A model generated the notes under the pieces. That model made no database searches, had not been told where the DNA came from, and was given only the letters and a program-made list of their open reading frames with translations. DNA of 64,000 nt from NCBI GenBank assembly GCA_013824115.1, contig PNNG01000005.1, forward strand, positions 3,075-67,074, read 5' to 3'. This document shows positions 46,078-54,887 of the stretch, one piece after another. Position 1 is the stretch's first letter. Each line of letters starts with the position of its first letter. The stretch comes from Sphingobacteriaceae bacterium (lineage in GTDB: Bacteria > Bacteroidota > Bacteroidia > UBA7662). A program made the translations under genes and the position numbers.

Positions 46078-47385
46078 ATGATTGAAACCACACAGAAGTA
46101 CAAAGTAAAAGACATTTCGTTGGCCGAGTGGGGCCGCAAAGAAATCAAATTGGCGGAAGCCGAAATGCCCGGTCTCATGGCCCTGCGCGAAGAGTTTGGC
46201 CCTTCTAAGCCCCTCAAAGGCGCACGCATTGCAGGTTGCCTGCACATGACCATCCAAACCGCCGTGTTGATTGAAACACTGGTAGAGTTGGGCGCCGAAG
46301 TAAGCTGGTCGAGCTGCAACATTTTTTCTACTCAAGACCATGCCGCCGCTGCCATTGCAGCTGCCGGTATTCCGGTTTATGCTTGGAAAGGCATGACCGA
46401 GGAAGAATACGAATGGTGCATTGAGCAAACCCTCTACGCTTTCGAAGGCGGTCAGCCCCTCAACATGATCCTCGACGACGGTGGTGACCTCACCAACGTA
46501 GTACTCGATACCAATCCCGAGCTTGCCAAAGGCATCCGTGGTATTTCTGAAGAAACCACCACCGGTGTAGCTCGTTTGTACAAGCGCGTGCGTGAAGGCA
46601 GCCTTCCCATGCCTGCTATCAACGTAAACGACTCGGTAACCAAATCGAAATTCGACAACAAATACGGCTGTCGCGAATCGGCAGTAGATGCGATCCGTCG
46701 CGCTACCGACGTAATGATGGCTGGTAAAGTGGTAGTGGTTTGTGGCTACGGCGACGTAGGTAAAGGAACTGCAGAATCTTTCCGCGGTGCTGGCGCCCGT
46801 GTCATTGTTACCGAAATCGACCCTATTTGCGCCCTACAGGCTGCCATGGACGGCTACGAAGTACGTCGCCTCGATAGCGTGATCGACCGCGTTGACATTG
46901 TGGTAACTGCCACTGGTAACTACAACATCGTGAACGAGAAGCACTTCTTGCGCATGAAAGACAAGACCATCGTTTGTAATATTGGCCACTTCGACAACGA
47001 AATCGATATGGCTTGGTTGAACAAAAACTACAAGCACACCAAATACACGGTGAAGCCACAAGTGGATGTATACGAAATCAATGGCAACGAAATCATCGTA
47101 TTGGCTGAAGGCCGTTTGGTGAACCTCGGTTGCGCCATGGGTCACCCCAGCTTCGTAATGTCGAACTCATTCACCAACCAAACCTTGGCCCAAATTGAAT
47201 TGTGGACCAATGGCAGCAATTATGGAAACGATGTGTACGTACTTCCTAAGCACCTCGACGAAAAAGTAGCCATGTTGCACCTCGCCAAAATTGGTGTGGA
47301 GCTCGAAACCCTTACCAACGTACAAGCCGATTATATCGGAGTAGCCGTAAGCGGACCGTTCAAAACCGATATGTATCGCTACTAA
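46078..47385 (+). CDS. ahcY: Adenosylhomocysteinase
   Basis: 435-aa ORF with [16 protein letters not shown] at the N-terminus, the NAD site CGYGDVGKG, and a highly conserved family sequence throughout. Confidence 0.95.
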   Translation: MIETTQKYKVKDISLAEWGRKEIKLAEAEMPGLMALREEFGPSKPLKGARIAGCLHMTIQTAVLIETLVELGAEVSWSSCNIFSTQDHAAAAIAAAGIPVYAWKGMTEEEYEWCIEQTLYAFEGGQPLNMILDDGGDLTNVVLDTNPELAKGIRGISEETTTGVARLYKRVREGSLPMPAINVNDSVTKSKFDNKYGCRESAVDAIRRATDVMMAGKVVVVCGYGDVGKGTAESFRGAGARVIVTEIDPICALQAAMDGYEVRRLDSVIDRVDIVVTATGNYNIVNEKHFLRMKDKTIVCNIGHFDNEIDMAWLNKNYKHTKYTVKPQVDVYEINGNEIIVLAEGRLVNLGCAMGHPSFVMSNSFTNQTLAQIELWTNGSNYGNDVYVLPKHLDEKVAMLHLAKIGVELETLTNVQADYIGVAVSGPFKTDMYRY

Positions 47386-47406
47386 GCCATATCATTTCAA
47401 AGAAAA

Positions 47407-47433
47407 CCTCGACTGAGCAGTCGGGGTTTTTTT
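47407..47433 (+). terminator. Rho-independent terminator of ahcY
   Basis: cctcgact-GAGC-agtcgggg (8-bp stem) followed by ttttttt. Confidence 0.7.
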
Positions 47434-47531
47434 ATGGATTCACATATATGAACTTTGCTATATGTTAAATTTTTGAATCTACCCAACCAATGGTGTCAAC
47501 CGGCTGTATACTAGCACATAAATTCATAGGA

Positions 47532-49850
47532 ATGAAAAAGCTTTTGACACTGTTCGTTTTATGGGCACTGTGCTTTACCGCTGTAGGGCAATCATACACC
47601 ACCATATTGCAAGGGCAAATCTTCCCAGCCAATCCGAACCTCTCGGTGGCCAATCTTACGGTGAGGGTTTACCCCGACAGTCTGGCCAATCCAGGGTTTC
47701 AACCTTTTACCGTGCAAAGTGACGCTGCAGGCATGGTGCTCGATACGCTTAGCCTTACTGGATCGGGTATTGTAAAAGTAGACCTCATCGGTTGCAACGG
47801 TTTGCCTGGCAATGCTTTCGCATTCCCTGTTTCGCCAAATTTGCCCCTGATCCCTTTTGCCTTCTTTTACTTTTGTCAAACCAACCCGGCCAATTGCGTA
47901 GCCTCATTTACCGTAACGCCCGACACTATATTTAACCTGCCGGGGGTATTTCACTTCCAAAGCACGAGCACCCAAGTGGGTCCAAACACCCAATATTTTT
48001 GGGACTTTGGCGATGGCAATCTGGGCAACGGGCCAACCCAAACCCATGTATACCACCTCTCTGGTACCTATCTGGTGCATTTATACTTGACAGATCCGGC
48101 TGGATGCTCCAGCACGGTTTCACAATCCGTGGTGGTGAATAATGCCCCTGGAACCGGATTTTGCCATGCATTTTTCACTTATACGGGCGCGCCTGCCAGC
48201 ACAGCACCCTCCACCGTTACGTTCCAAAATCACTCGGCTTTTAATCCCCAAAGCACTTTCCAATGGAGCTTTGGCGATGGAAGCAGTTCTACCCTCGAAA
48301 ACCCTGTGCACACCTACAATGCTGCGGGCGTTTTTGTGGTAAGCCTCACACAGTCTGACACAGCATCCAATTGTACTTCCACCACGACCGATACGGTATT
48401 CATTGGTCAACCTGTTGGATTGTGCTCAGTAAGCTTCACCGCTACGGCCGATCCTTTTTCGCCCAACATCATTGATTTCAGGAGCCTTCCTATCACTTCC
48501 GGTGGCGGCATCCAATACAACTGGGATTTCGGCACAGGTGGCTCTGTAAACCAAGACAACCCCAACATCTACTTACCCAACGGCATTTATAACGTATGCC
48601 TTACCATAACCACCGCGCGAGGATGTGTAGCCACGTTCTGCGATACAGTGGTGGTCAATGGTGGTGGAGGTCCTGGCTGCGATGCCCAGTTTTTCTATCA
48701 GGCATCAGCCAATAACCAGCCTTTAGATATTGACTTTTTCAATGCCTCGCCATTCATTCCTGGACAATTCGGCATAGATTCTATTGTTTGGGACTTCGGA
48801 GATGGCTCACCAGTAGTAACACAAAATTCTTTTCCCACACACAGCTTCCCGGCTTTTGGCACGTACAATGTGTGCATGACCATTTTTACTGCCAATTGCA
48901 GCGATATACAATGCGAAACAGTTACCCTATTGCCCAGCATCAATACCCCTACCAACAAATTGCTCGGTACCGTATTGGGCATTCCACCAACACCCGGCAA
49001 CCAGGTAAGTGTGGTGCTTTTCGAATTAGTGAATCAGAATTGGCAAGTACGCGACTCGCTCTTAACGGTGGTGCCTGGCTTGTATCTATATGCCTTTGAT
49101 AGTTTGCCGGCAGGAGTGTATAGTGTGCGTGCCGAATTGAGCCCCTCTTCGCCCGACTTCCTCAATTTCTTCCCCACCTATTTGGGCAATACCACGTCGT
49201 GGAACAATGCCACTGGTATCGTGCTCGGACCACAAAATCCGCTTGCACTGACAGCTATTTTGATGGTGCCCAACAACAACCCAGGCAATGGAGGTGGTAA
49301 CATTATTGGCAATGTAGGCATGGCCAATGGCTTTAGAACCAGCCAGGTAGGCAGCTTAGACGCCATGCGTGTGCAATTGCTCGACGTTGCCGGACAACCG
49401 CTCATCACCGCTCAAGTAGCCGCAAATGGCAATTACAGCTTCCGAAACCTGCCCTTTGGAACCTACTTGGTGCATGTAGATTGGCCCGGTATGCCCTGTA
49501 CGCCGTATAGCGTAACCTTGTCGCCCGAGCGGCCTAGCTTGAACGGCCTCAACTTCCGTATGTCGGCGAACGGCATTCAAGCGCAAATATCAAAAAATTC
49601 AGGCAAAACGCTGGTGTATCCCAACCCCATGGCAGAGCGCTTGACCATTGAAAAACAAATCGATGAGGCAGGCACATACGAGCTCCTTATAACTGATCTG
49701 GCAGGACGTGTAGTCATGAAACAAAGCCAAGAACTTGTTGTAGGCAATCAAAAGATTGATTTGCAAACAGGCACGCTCTCTTCGGGCAGCTACCTCTTGT
49801 ACGTAAATGGTCCGAACCAGCAAACCGAGTACTTCAAACTCATCAAGTAA
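47532..49850 (+). CDS. PKD-repeat protein with T9SS C-terminal sorting domain
   Basis: A signal peptide from MKKLLTLFVLWALCFTAVGQ. At least four PKD units (FWDFGDGN..., FQWSFGDGS..., YNWDFGTGG..., IVWDFGDGS...). The C-terminus reads VYPNPMAERLTIEK...GSYLLYVNG...EYFKLIK. Confidence 0.85.
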   Translation: MKKLLTLFVLWALCFTAVGQSYTTILQGQIFPANPNLSVANLTVRVYPDSLANPGFQPFTVQSDAAGMVLDTLSLTGSGIVKVDLIGCNGLPGNAFAFPVSPNLPLIPFAFFYFCQTNPANCVASFTVTPDTIFNLPGVFHFQSTSTQVGPNTQYFWDFGDGNLGNGPTQTHVYHLSGTYLVHLYLTDPAGCSSTVSQSVVVNNAPGTGFCHAFFTYTGAPASTAPSTVTFQNHSAFNPQSTFQWSFGDGSSSTLENPVHTYNAAGVFVVSLTQSDTASNCTSTTTDTVFIGQPVGLCSVSFTATADPFSPNIIDFRSLPITSGGGIQYNWDFGTGGSVNQDNPNIYLPNGIYNVCLTITTARGCVATFCDTVVVNGGGGPGCDAQFFYQASANNQPLDIDFFNASPFIPGQFGIDSIVWDFGDGSPVVTQNSFPTHSFPAFGTYNVCMTIFTANCSDIQCETVTLLPSINTPTNKLLGTVLGIPPTPGNQVSVVLFELVNQNWQVRDSLLTVVPGLYLYAFDSLPAGVYSVRAELSPSSPDFLNFFPTYLGNTTSWNNATGIVLGPQNPLALTAILMVPNNNPGNGGGNIIGNVGMANGFRTSQVGSLDAMRVQLLDVAGQPLITAQVAANGNYSFRNLPFGTYLVHVDWPGMPCTPYSVTLSPERPSLNGLNFRMSANGIQAQISKNSGKTLVYPNPMAERLTIEKQIDEAGTYELLITDLAGRVVMKQSQELVVGNQKIDLQTGTLSSGSYLLYVNGPNQQTEYFKLIK

Positions 49851-49941
49851 CGTTTAGGTTTTTTGAAGAAGTCCCTGCCCAACAGCAGGGGCTTTTGTTT
49901 GACAGGCCGGAACAATTGCGCTACTTTTGTGTTCCCTCAAC

Positions 49942-50451
49942 ATGCAATCAATGAAAAAATTCCTCCTTATTCCTGCTTTGGCCTTGGTCATTGCCTGCGG
50001 AAACGAAAAAACCGAAGAACATGCCGGTCACGATATGTCGGGCCACGACCATGCCGCTATGGGGCACAGTGCCGATGCCGTAGATACCACTGGATTGGGT
50101 GTAGGTTATCCTGCAGGTGCCAAAGTGTTTTTCGCGAATCTGACCGATGGACAAGAAATCAGCCTGCCTTTTCAATTGCAAATGGGCGTTGAAGGCATGG
50201 AAGTAGAACCCGCTGGCCAAATCAATTACGGCAAGGGTCACCACCACCTCATCATCGATGGTGGATTTATGAATCCGGGTACCAGTGTGCCCTTCGACGG
50301 CCAGCACCTTCATTTTGGAAAAGGACAAACCGAAATGACCCTCGACAGCCTGAAGAGCGGGGAGCATACACTCACCTTACAGTTTGCCAATGGCGCGCAC
50401 CTCAGCTACGGCGAAGGCATGAGCACCACTATCAAAATAAAGGTGAAATAA
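49942..50451 (+). CDS. DUF4399-family lipoprotein with His-rich N-terminal stretch
   Basis: Lipobox LVIAC, the His-rich stretch HAGHDMSGHDHAAMGH, and then GKGHHHLIIDG ... HLHFGKGQTE, characteristic of DUF4399 (from memory). Confidence 0.7.
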   Translation: MQSMKKFLLIPALALVIACGNEKTEEHAGHDMSGHDHAAMGHSADAVDTTGLGVGYPAGAKVFFANLTDGQEISLPFQLQMGVEGMEVEPAGQINYGKGHHHLIIDGGFMNPGTSVPFDGQHLHFGKGQTEMTLDSLKSGEHTLTLQFANGAHLSYGEGMSTTIKIKVK

Positions 50452-50491
50452 GATTTTTTAGCGAAAGGCTTGACATAAAAAACGGGACTGC

Positions 50492-50499
50492 TATATTTG
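50492..50499 (+). promoter_or_regulatory. -7 box TATATTTG for tRNA-Gln
   Basis: The TAnnTTTG box ends 10 nt before the tRNA 5' end. Confidence 0.45.
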
Positions 50500-50509
50500 C
50501 AGTCCATTT

Positions 50510-50585
50510 TGGCCGATGGTGTAATTGGCAACACGTCTGATTTTGGTTCAGAAGAGTCTAGGTTCGAGACCTAGTCGGCCAACCA
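50510..50585 (+). tRNA. tRNA-Gln (anticodon TTG), CCA encoded
   Basis: TGGCCGA-TG-GTGT-AATTGGCA-ACAC-G-TCTGA-TTTTGGT-TCAGA-AGAG-TCTAGG-TTCGAGA-CCTAG-TCGGCCA-A-CCA. All 7 acceptor-stem pairs are Watson-Crick and U1 is typical of tRNA-Gln. Confidence 0.9.
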
Positions 50586-50588
50586 AAG

Positions 50589-50611
50589 CCCTCCCTCGCG
50601 GAGGGTTTTTT
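50589..50611 (+). terminator. Rho-independent terminator after tRNA-Gln
   Basis: ccctcc-ctcgc-ggaggg followed by tttttt. Confidence 0.65.
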
Positions 50612-50906
50612 GTTTTGAGCCCTTTCGAAGTATAAAAGCCGCAGGCATTTCACTGCGTGCTCAGCTGGTAATGCGTAGCATAACCAGCAACGGCTCCGTT
50701 ACCTCAAGCAGTGCGCTCTGCTGTTTGTTGCACCTAAAAAAGCCGTTCTTAGGCAATCAGCTTCCAAACCCCCGCATCGCTGTCATCCTTCTGACACTTA
50801 ATGCTCTGCGCCTCTGCGGTATCCCCAAGTGTCACCGCGCTGCTTCATTATTTAGGTTTTGCGCCTTGCACTTCTGCCCTTGGTTGGCAGTTCCTTTTGA
50901 AAAGGC

Positions 50907-50914
50907 TATTTTTG
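50907..50914 (+). promoter_or_regulatory. -7 box TATTTTTG upstream of the GDH-family gene
   Basis: Exact TAnnTTTG match 19 nt upstream of the ATG at 50934. Confidence 0.4.
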
Positions 50915-50933
50915 CGCCAACTTATTAAAACCC

Positions 50934-52160
50934 ATGGAAGAGTTACTCAAACGCTTTGAGCACAAGGCCCCCGAAATTGTTTTTGAATGGAAAGATGCCG
51001 AAACTGATGCAGAAGGCTGGGTAGTAATCAATTCATTGCGGGGCGGAGCAGCTGGTGGCGGCACGCGCATGCGTAAGGGTCTCGACAAGCGTGAAGTAGA
51101 ATCGCTCGCCAAAACCATGGAAATTAAGTTTACGGTGAGCGGTCCTGCCATCGGCGGTGCTAAGTCGGGCATCAACTTCGATCCGGCCGACCCACGCAAA
51201 AAAGACGTCCTCCGTCGCTGGTACAAAGCCGTGATGCCCTTGCTCAAAAACTACTATGGTACCGGTGGCGACCTCAATGTAGACGAAATCCACGAAGTAA
51301 TTCCCATTACCGAAGAATACGGCTTGTGGCACCCACAAGAAGGAGTGGTGAACGGGCACTTTCAAGCGCCCGAAGGCGATAAAATCCGCCGTGTAGGTCA
51401 ATTGCGTTTGGGCGTGAGCAAGGTCGTAGAAGACCCGCATTATTCGCCCGATCCTGCCAAAAAATACGTGGTGGCCGATATGATTACCGGTTATGGCGTG
51501 GCTGAAGCGGTGATTCACTACTACAAAATGCGTGGTGAATCGGCCCTAGGTAAAAAAGCCATCATCCAAGGATGGGGCAATGTAGCTGCAGCTGCTGCTT
51601 ATTATTTGGCCCAGCAAGGCGTTTTGGTTACGGGCATCATCGACCGTGAAGGGGGTTTGATTAACCCATCGGGCTATACCTACGAAGACATCAAATCGCT
51701 TTTCCTTTCCAAAAGCGGCAATAAGCTGAACGCTTTTAACATGCTCTCGTTCGAAGAAGTGAATGCCCGCATTTGGGACCAAGCTGCCGATATTTTTGTG
51801 CCTGCTGCCGCCTCACGCTTGGTAACCCGCGAGCAGATGGAGCGCTTGATTGCTTCGGGTCTTGAAGTAGTGAGCAGCGGCGCCAATGTTCCTTTTGCCG
51901 ATCAGGAGATTTTCTTTGGGCCCATTGCCAAATACGTTGACGAAAACGTGGCCCTTTTGCCCGACTTCATTGCCAACTGCGGCATGGCGCGGGTATTCGG
52001 CTACCTCATGCAAAAAGAAGTGGAAATAAGCGATGATGCCATTTTCAGTGATGTATCGAACATCATTGGCGATGCTTTGAAGAAGGTGTATGCGCTCAAT
52101 CCCGAAAAGACCAACATCACCCGCACCGCATTTGAAATAGCACTCAACCAATTGGTATGA
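50934..52160 (+). CDS. Glu/Leu/Phe/Val-family amino-acid dehydrogenase
   Basis: 408-aa ORF with GGAAGGGTRMRKG...IGGAKSGINFDP (catalytic Lys region) and the Rossmann motif IQGWGNVAAAAA. Confidence 0.8.
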   Translation: MEELLKRFEHKAPEIVFEWKDAETDAEGWVVINSLRGGAAGGGTRMRKGLDKREVESLAKTMEIKFTVSGPAIGGAKSGINFDPADPRKKDVLRRWYKAVMPLLKNYYGTGGDLNVDEIHEVIPITEEYGLWHPQEGVVNGHFQAPEGDKIRRVGQLRLGVSKVVEDPHYSPDPAKKYVVADMITGYGVAEAVIHYYKMRGESALGKKAIIQGWGNVAAAAAYYLAQQGVLVTGIIDREGGLINPSGYTYEDIKSLFLSKSGNKLNAFNMLSFEEVNARIWDQAADIFVPAAASRLVTREQMERLIASGLEVVSSGANVPFADQEIFFGPIAKYVDENVALLPDFIANCGMARVFGYLMQKEVEISDDAIFSDVSNIIGDALKKVYALNPEKTNITRTAFEIALNQLV

Positions 52161-53257
52161 CCTGGCAGCAACTGATGAACACCACTATACTCGGACAAAC
52201 TGTTCACCAGTTGCTGGTGGTGAGCATCTTGCTTCTGGTGGTTTTCACCCTCAAAGTTTGGGGTGCCAAACTGGCCAACCGCTTGCTATACCGGCTTTTT
52301 AGCAAAAAAGGGCGCATAGACCGCAGCGAGCGGTTCAACGAATTGGTAGGCAAGCCGATGCAGTTTTTTGGACTGATGGTTGCTCTCTACATCAGCTTTA
52401 CCCTGCTTAATGTTCCCCAACACCTAGAATTGTTCGAAGAAAAAATCAGGGTGCATTTTTACCTGAACATTTTGCTCAAATTGTTGCTGACCATTGGCAT
52501 CACCCGCATATTAATCAAGGTGACGGAATATGTCGGCGAACGTTGGTTAGAGAAGGCGGCCGAGAGCGAATCGAAGCTCGATGATCAACTGGTGCCTTTT
52601 GCCATCGATGGCATCAAGGTGTTGCTCATTATTTTTGCCTTCATGTTTGTTTTAGGCGCCATTTTCAAGGCCAATGTGACCGCCTTGGTGGGTGGCTTGG
52701 GCATTGGTGGTTTGGCTGTAGCCTTGGCCGCACAAGAAAGCCTGGCCAACTTGCTGGGGTCTTTCACCATATTTCTCGACAAGCCTTTTACCGTGGGCGA
52801 CATTGTTGATTTTAATGGCATTGTAGGCACCATCGAAAAAGTGGGTTTCCGCAGCACGCGCATCCGAACACTCGACAAAAGCTATGTGACGGTACCCAAC
52901 AAAGCGCTGGTGGGTGCGCCCTTGAACAACATCACCGAAAGCACCCACCGCCGGGCACGCTTTTTTATTGGCCTCACCTATGATACGCAGCCCGATGTAA
53001 TGAAAAACATCATTGCCGAAATCCACGACGTACTGTTGCGCCACGAAAACACCAACGACAATCCCGTGGTGCGGTTTTTCGAATATACCGACTCTTCATT
53101 AAGCATACTCATAACCTACCTCGTCAACAGCAATGATTACGATTTGTATGTGCAAGTTCGAGAAGAGATCAATTTCAAAATTTACGAAATCGTACAACGC
53201 AACGGAACAAGCTTTGCCTTCCCCACAAGGGTAGTTAGGATAGAAAAAGGCGAATAA
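52157..53257 (+). CDS. MscS-family mechanosensitive channel
   Basis: TM helices followed by the conserved segment ...AAQESLANLLGSFTIFLDKPFTVGDIV...GTIEKVGFRSTRIRT. ATGA start/stop overlap with the upstream gene. Confidence 0.85.
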   Translation: MTWQQLMNTTILGQTVHQLLVVSILLLVVFTLKVWGAKLANRLLYRLFSKKGRIDRSERFNELVGKPMQFFGLMVALYISFTLLNVPQHLELFEEKIRVHFYLNILLKLLLTIGITRILIKVTEYVGERWLEKAAESESKLDDQLVPFAIDGIKVLLIIFAFMFVLGAIFKANVTALVGGLGIGGLAVALAAQESLANLLGSFTIFLDKPFTVGDIVDFNGIVGTIEKVGFRSTRIRTLDKSYVTVPNKALVGAPLNNITESTHRRARFFIGLTYDTQPDVMKNIIAEIHDVLLRHENTNDNPVVRFFEYTDSSLSILITYLVNSNDYDLYVQVREEINFKIYEIVQRNGTSFAFPTRVVRIEKGE

Positions 53258-53306
53258 ACAGCCAAGAGGCCAATGGTTTAAGCCTGCCGCATGTGGGTGC
53301 ATTTCT

Positions 53307-53314
53307 TATCTTTG
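53307..53314 (+). promoter_or_regulatory. -7 box TATCTTTG of glyQS (leaderless geometry)
   Basis: tatctttgCGCCatg: the box ends 4 nt before the ATG at 53319. Confidence 0.4.
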
Positions 53315-53318
53315 CGCC

Positions 53319-54887
53319 ATGATTCCCGAAGAACAATTTAAAAACGTCATCTCCCACGCCAAGGAGTATGGCTTTGTTTTCCCCTCCAGCGAAATTTACG
53401 ACGGACTTTCAGCGGTTTACGACTACGGCCAGATGGGCGCCGAGCTCAAAAAGAACCTCCGCGATTATTGGTGGAAGTCGATGACTCAGCTGCATGAAAA
53501 CATCGTAGGCATCGACGCTGCCATCTTCATGCACCCCACTACTTGGAAGGCTTCGGGACACGTGGATGCTTTCAACGATCCACTCATCGATAACAAAGAC
53601 TCGAAAAAGCGCTACCGTGCCGATGTGTTGCTCGAAGAGCACATCGCCAAAATAGAGGCAAAAATTGAAAAGGAAGTAGAGAAGGGCCGCACCCGCTTTG
53701 GGGAATCCTTCGACGAAGCACAATTCCGCGCAACCAATCCCAATGTGCAGCGCAACCAAGTAAAAATCGACGAAATCAATAGCCGCATGAAGTCGGCTTT
53801 GGAGGCAGGCGACCTGGAGGCTTTGCGCCAGCTCATCTTGGATTTGGAGATTGTTTGTCCGATCAGCGGCACCCGCAACTGGACCGAAGTGCGCCAGTTC
53901 AACCTCATGTTCAGCACCGAAATGGGCGCTGTAAGTGGCGAATCGGGCAAAATCTACCTCCGTCCCGAAACGGCCCAGGGCATTTTTGTGAACTTCTTGA
54001 ATGTGCAGAAAAGTGGTCGCATGAAAATTCCATTTGGCATTGCCCAAACCGGCAAGGCTTTTAGGAATGAAATTGTGGCCCGTCAGTTCATTTTCCGCAT
54101 GCGAGAGTTTGAGCAAATGGAGATGCAGTTTTTTGTGCGTCCCGGCACCGAAATGTCTTGGTACAACTACTGGAAGCAGGCCCGTATGCGTTGGCACCAA
54201 GGCTTGGGCTTTCCAGAAAGCAAATACCGCTTCCACGATCACCTCAAGCTGGCGCACTACGCGAATGCGGCAGCCGATATTGAGTTTGAATTCCCTTTTG
54301 GTTTCAAAGAGCTCGAAGGCATTCACTCCCGTACCGATTTCGACTTAGGAGCACACGAGCAATACAGCGGCAAAAAACTCCGCTATTTCGATCCCGAAAC
54401 CAACGAGTCGTACGTGCCCTATGTGGTAGAAACGTCGATTGGTCTCGACCGCCTCTTCCTCGCTACCCTCTCGCATGCCTATGCTGAAGAAAAGTTGGAA
54501 GACGGCAGTGAGCGTGTGGTTTTGCGCCTGCCTTATTTCCTTGCTCCGGTGAAAGCCGCCATTTTGCCCTTGGTAAAAAAAGACGGTTTGCCCGAAAAGG
54601 CCCGTGAAATCATGCAGTTGCTGAAGTTCCGTTTTGCCTGTCAGTACGACGAAAAAGACAGCATTGGCAAACGTTATCGCCGACAGGATGCTCTGGGAAC
54701 CCCCATTTGTATCACCGTTGACCACCAAAGCCTCGAAGACGGTGCCGTTACCCTCCGCCACCGCGACAGCATGCAGCAGGAACGTGTAGCTATTGCCGAA
54801 TTACCTGCATTGCTCGATAAACTGGTGAGCATGGAAGCCGTATTGGCCCAGCTGAGTGCGCGCCAGGAGGAGGGTTTGCCCCAATGA
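53319..54887 (+). CDS. glyQS: Glycine--tRNA ligase (dimeric class II type)
   Basis: 522-aa ORF. The segments FVFPSSEIYDG...YDYGQMG, LRPETAQGIFVNF and FRNEI...RMREFEQME match the GlyQS family. Confidence 0.9.
   Translation: MIPEEQFKNVISHAKEYGFVFPSSEIYDGLSAVYDYGQMGAELKKNLRDYWWKSMTQLHENIVGIDAAIFMHPTTWKASGHVDAFNDPLIDNKDSKKRYRADVLLEEHIAKIEAKIEKEVEKGRTRFGESFDEAQFRATNPNVQRNQVKIDEINSRMKSALEAGDLEALRQLILDLEIVCPISGTRNWTEVRQFNLMFSTEMGAVSGESGKIYLRPETAQGIFVNFLNVQKSGRMKIPFGIAQTGKAFRNEIVARQFIFRMREFEQMEMQFFVRPGTEMSWYNYWKQARMRWHQGLGFPESKYRFHDHLKLAHYANAAADIEFEFPFGFKELEGIHSRTDFDLGAHEQYSGKKLRYFDPETNESYVPYVVETSIGLDRLFLATLSHAYAEEKLEDGSERVVLRLPYFLAPVKAAILPLVKKDGLPEKAREIMQLLKFRFACQYDEKDSIGKRYRRQDALGTPICITVDHQSLEDGAVTLRHRDSMQQERVAIAELPALLDKLVSMEAVLAQLSARQEEGLPQ

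Noticed and set aside
50586-50933. tRNA-Gln as an integration site, given the ~300-bp ORF-less stretch downstream and an 85-aa ORF at 50671-50928
   Set aside because: There is no repeat of the tRNA 3' end downstream and no integrase. The 85-aa ORF has an implausible Cys/Leu/Arg-rich composition. The stretch holds only an isolated hairpin (gctggtaatgcgtagcataaccagc) and degenerate gcgct/gctc-rich motifs.
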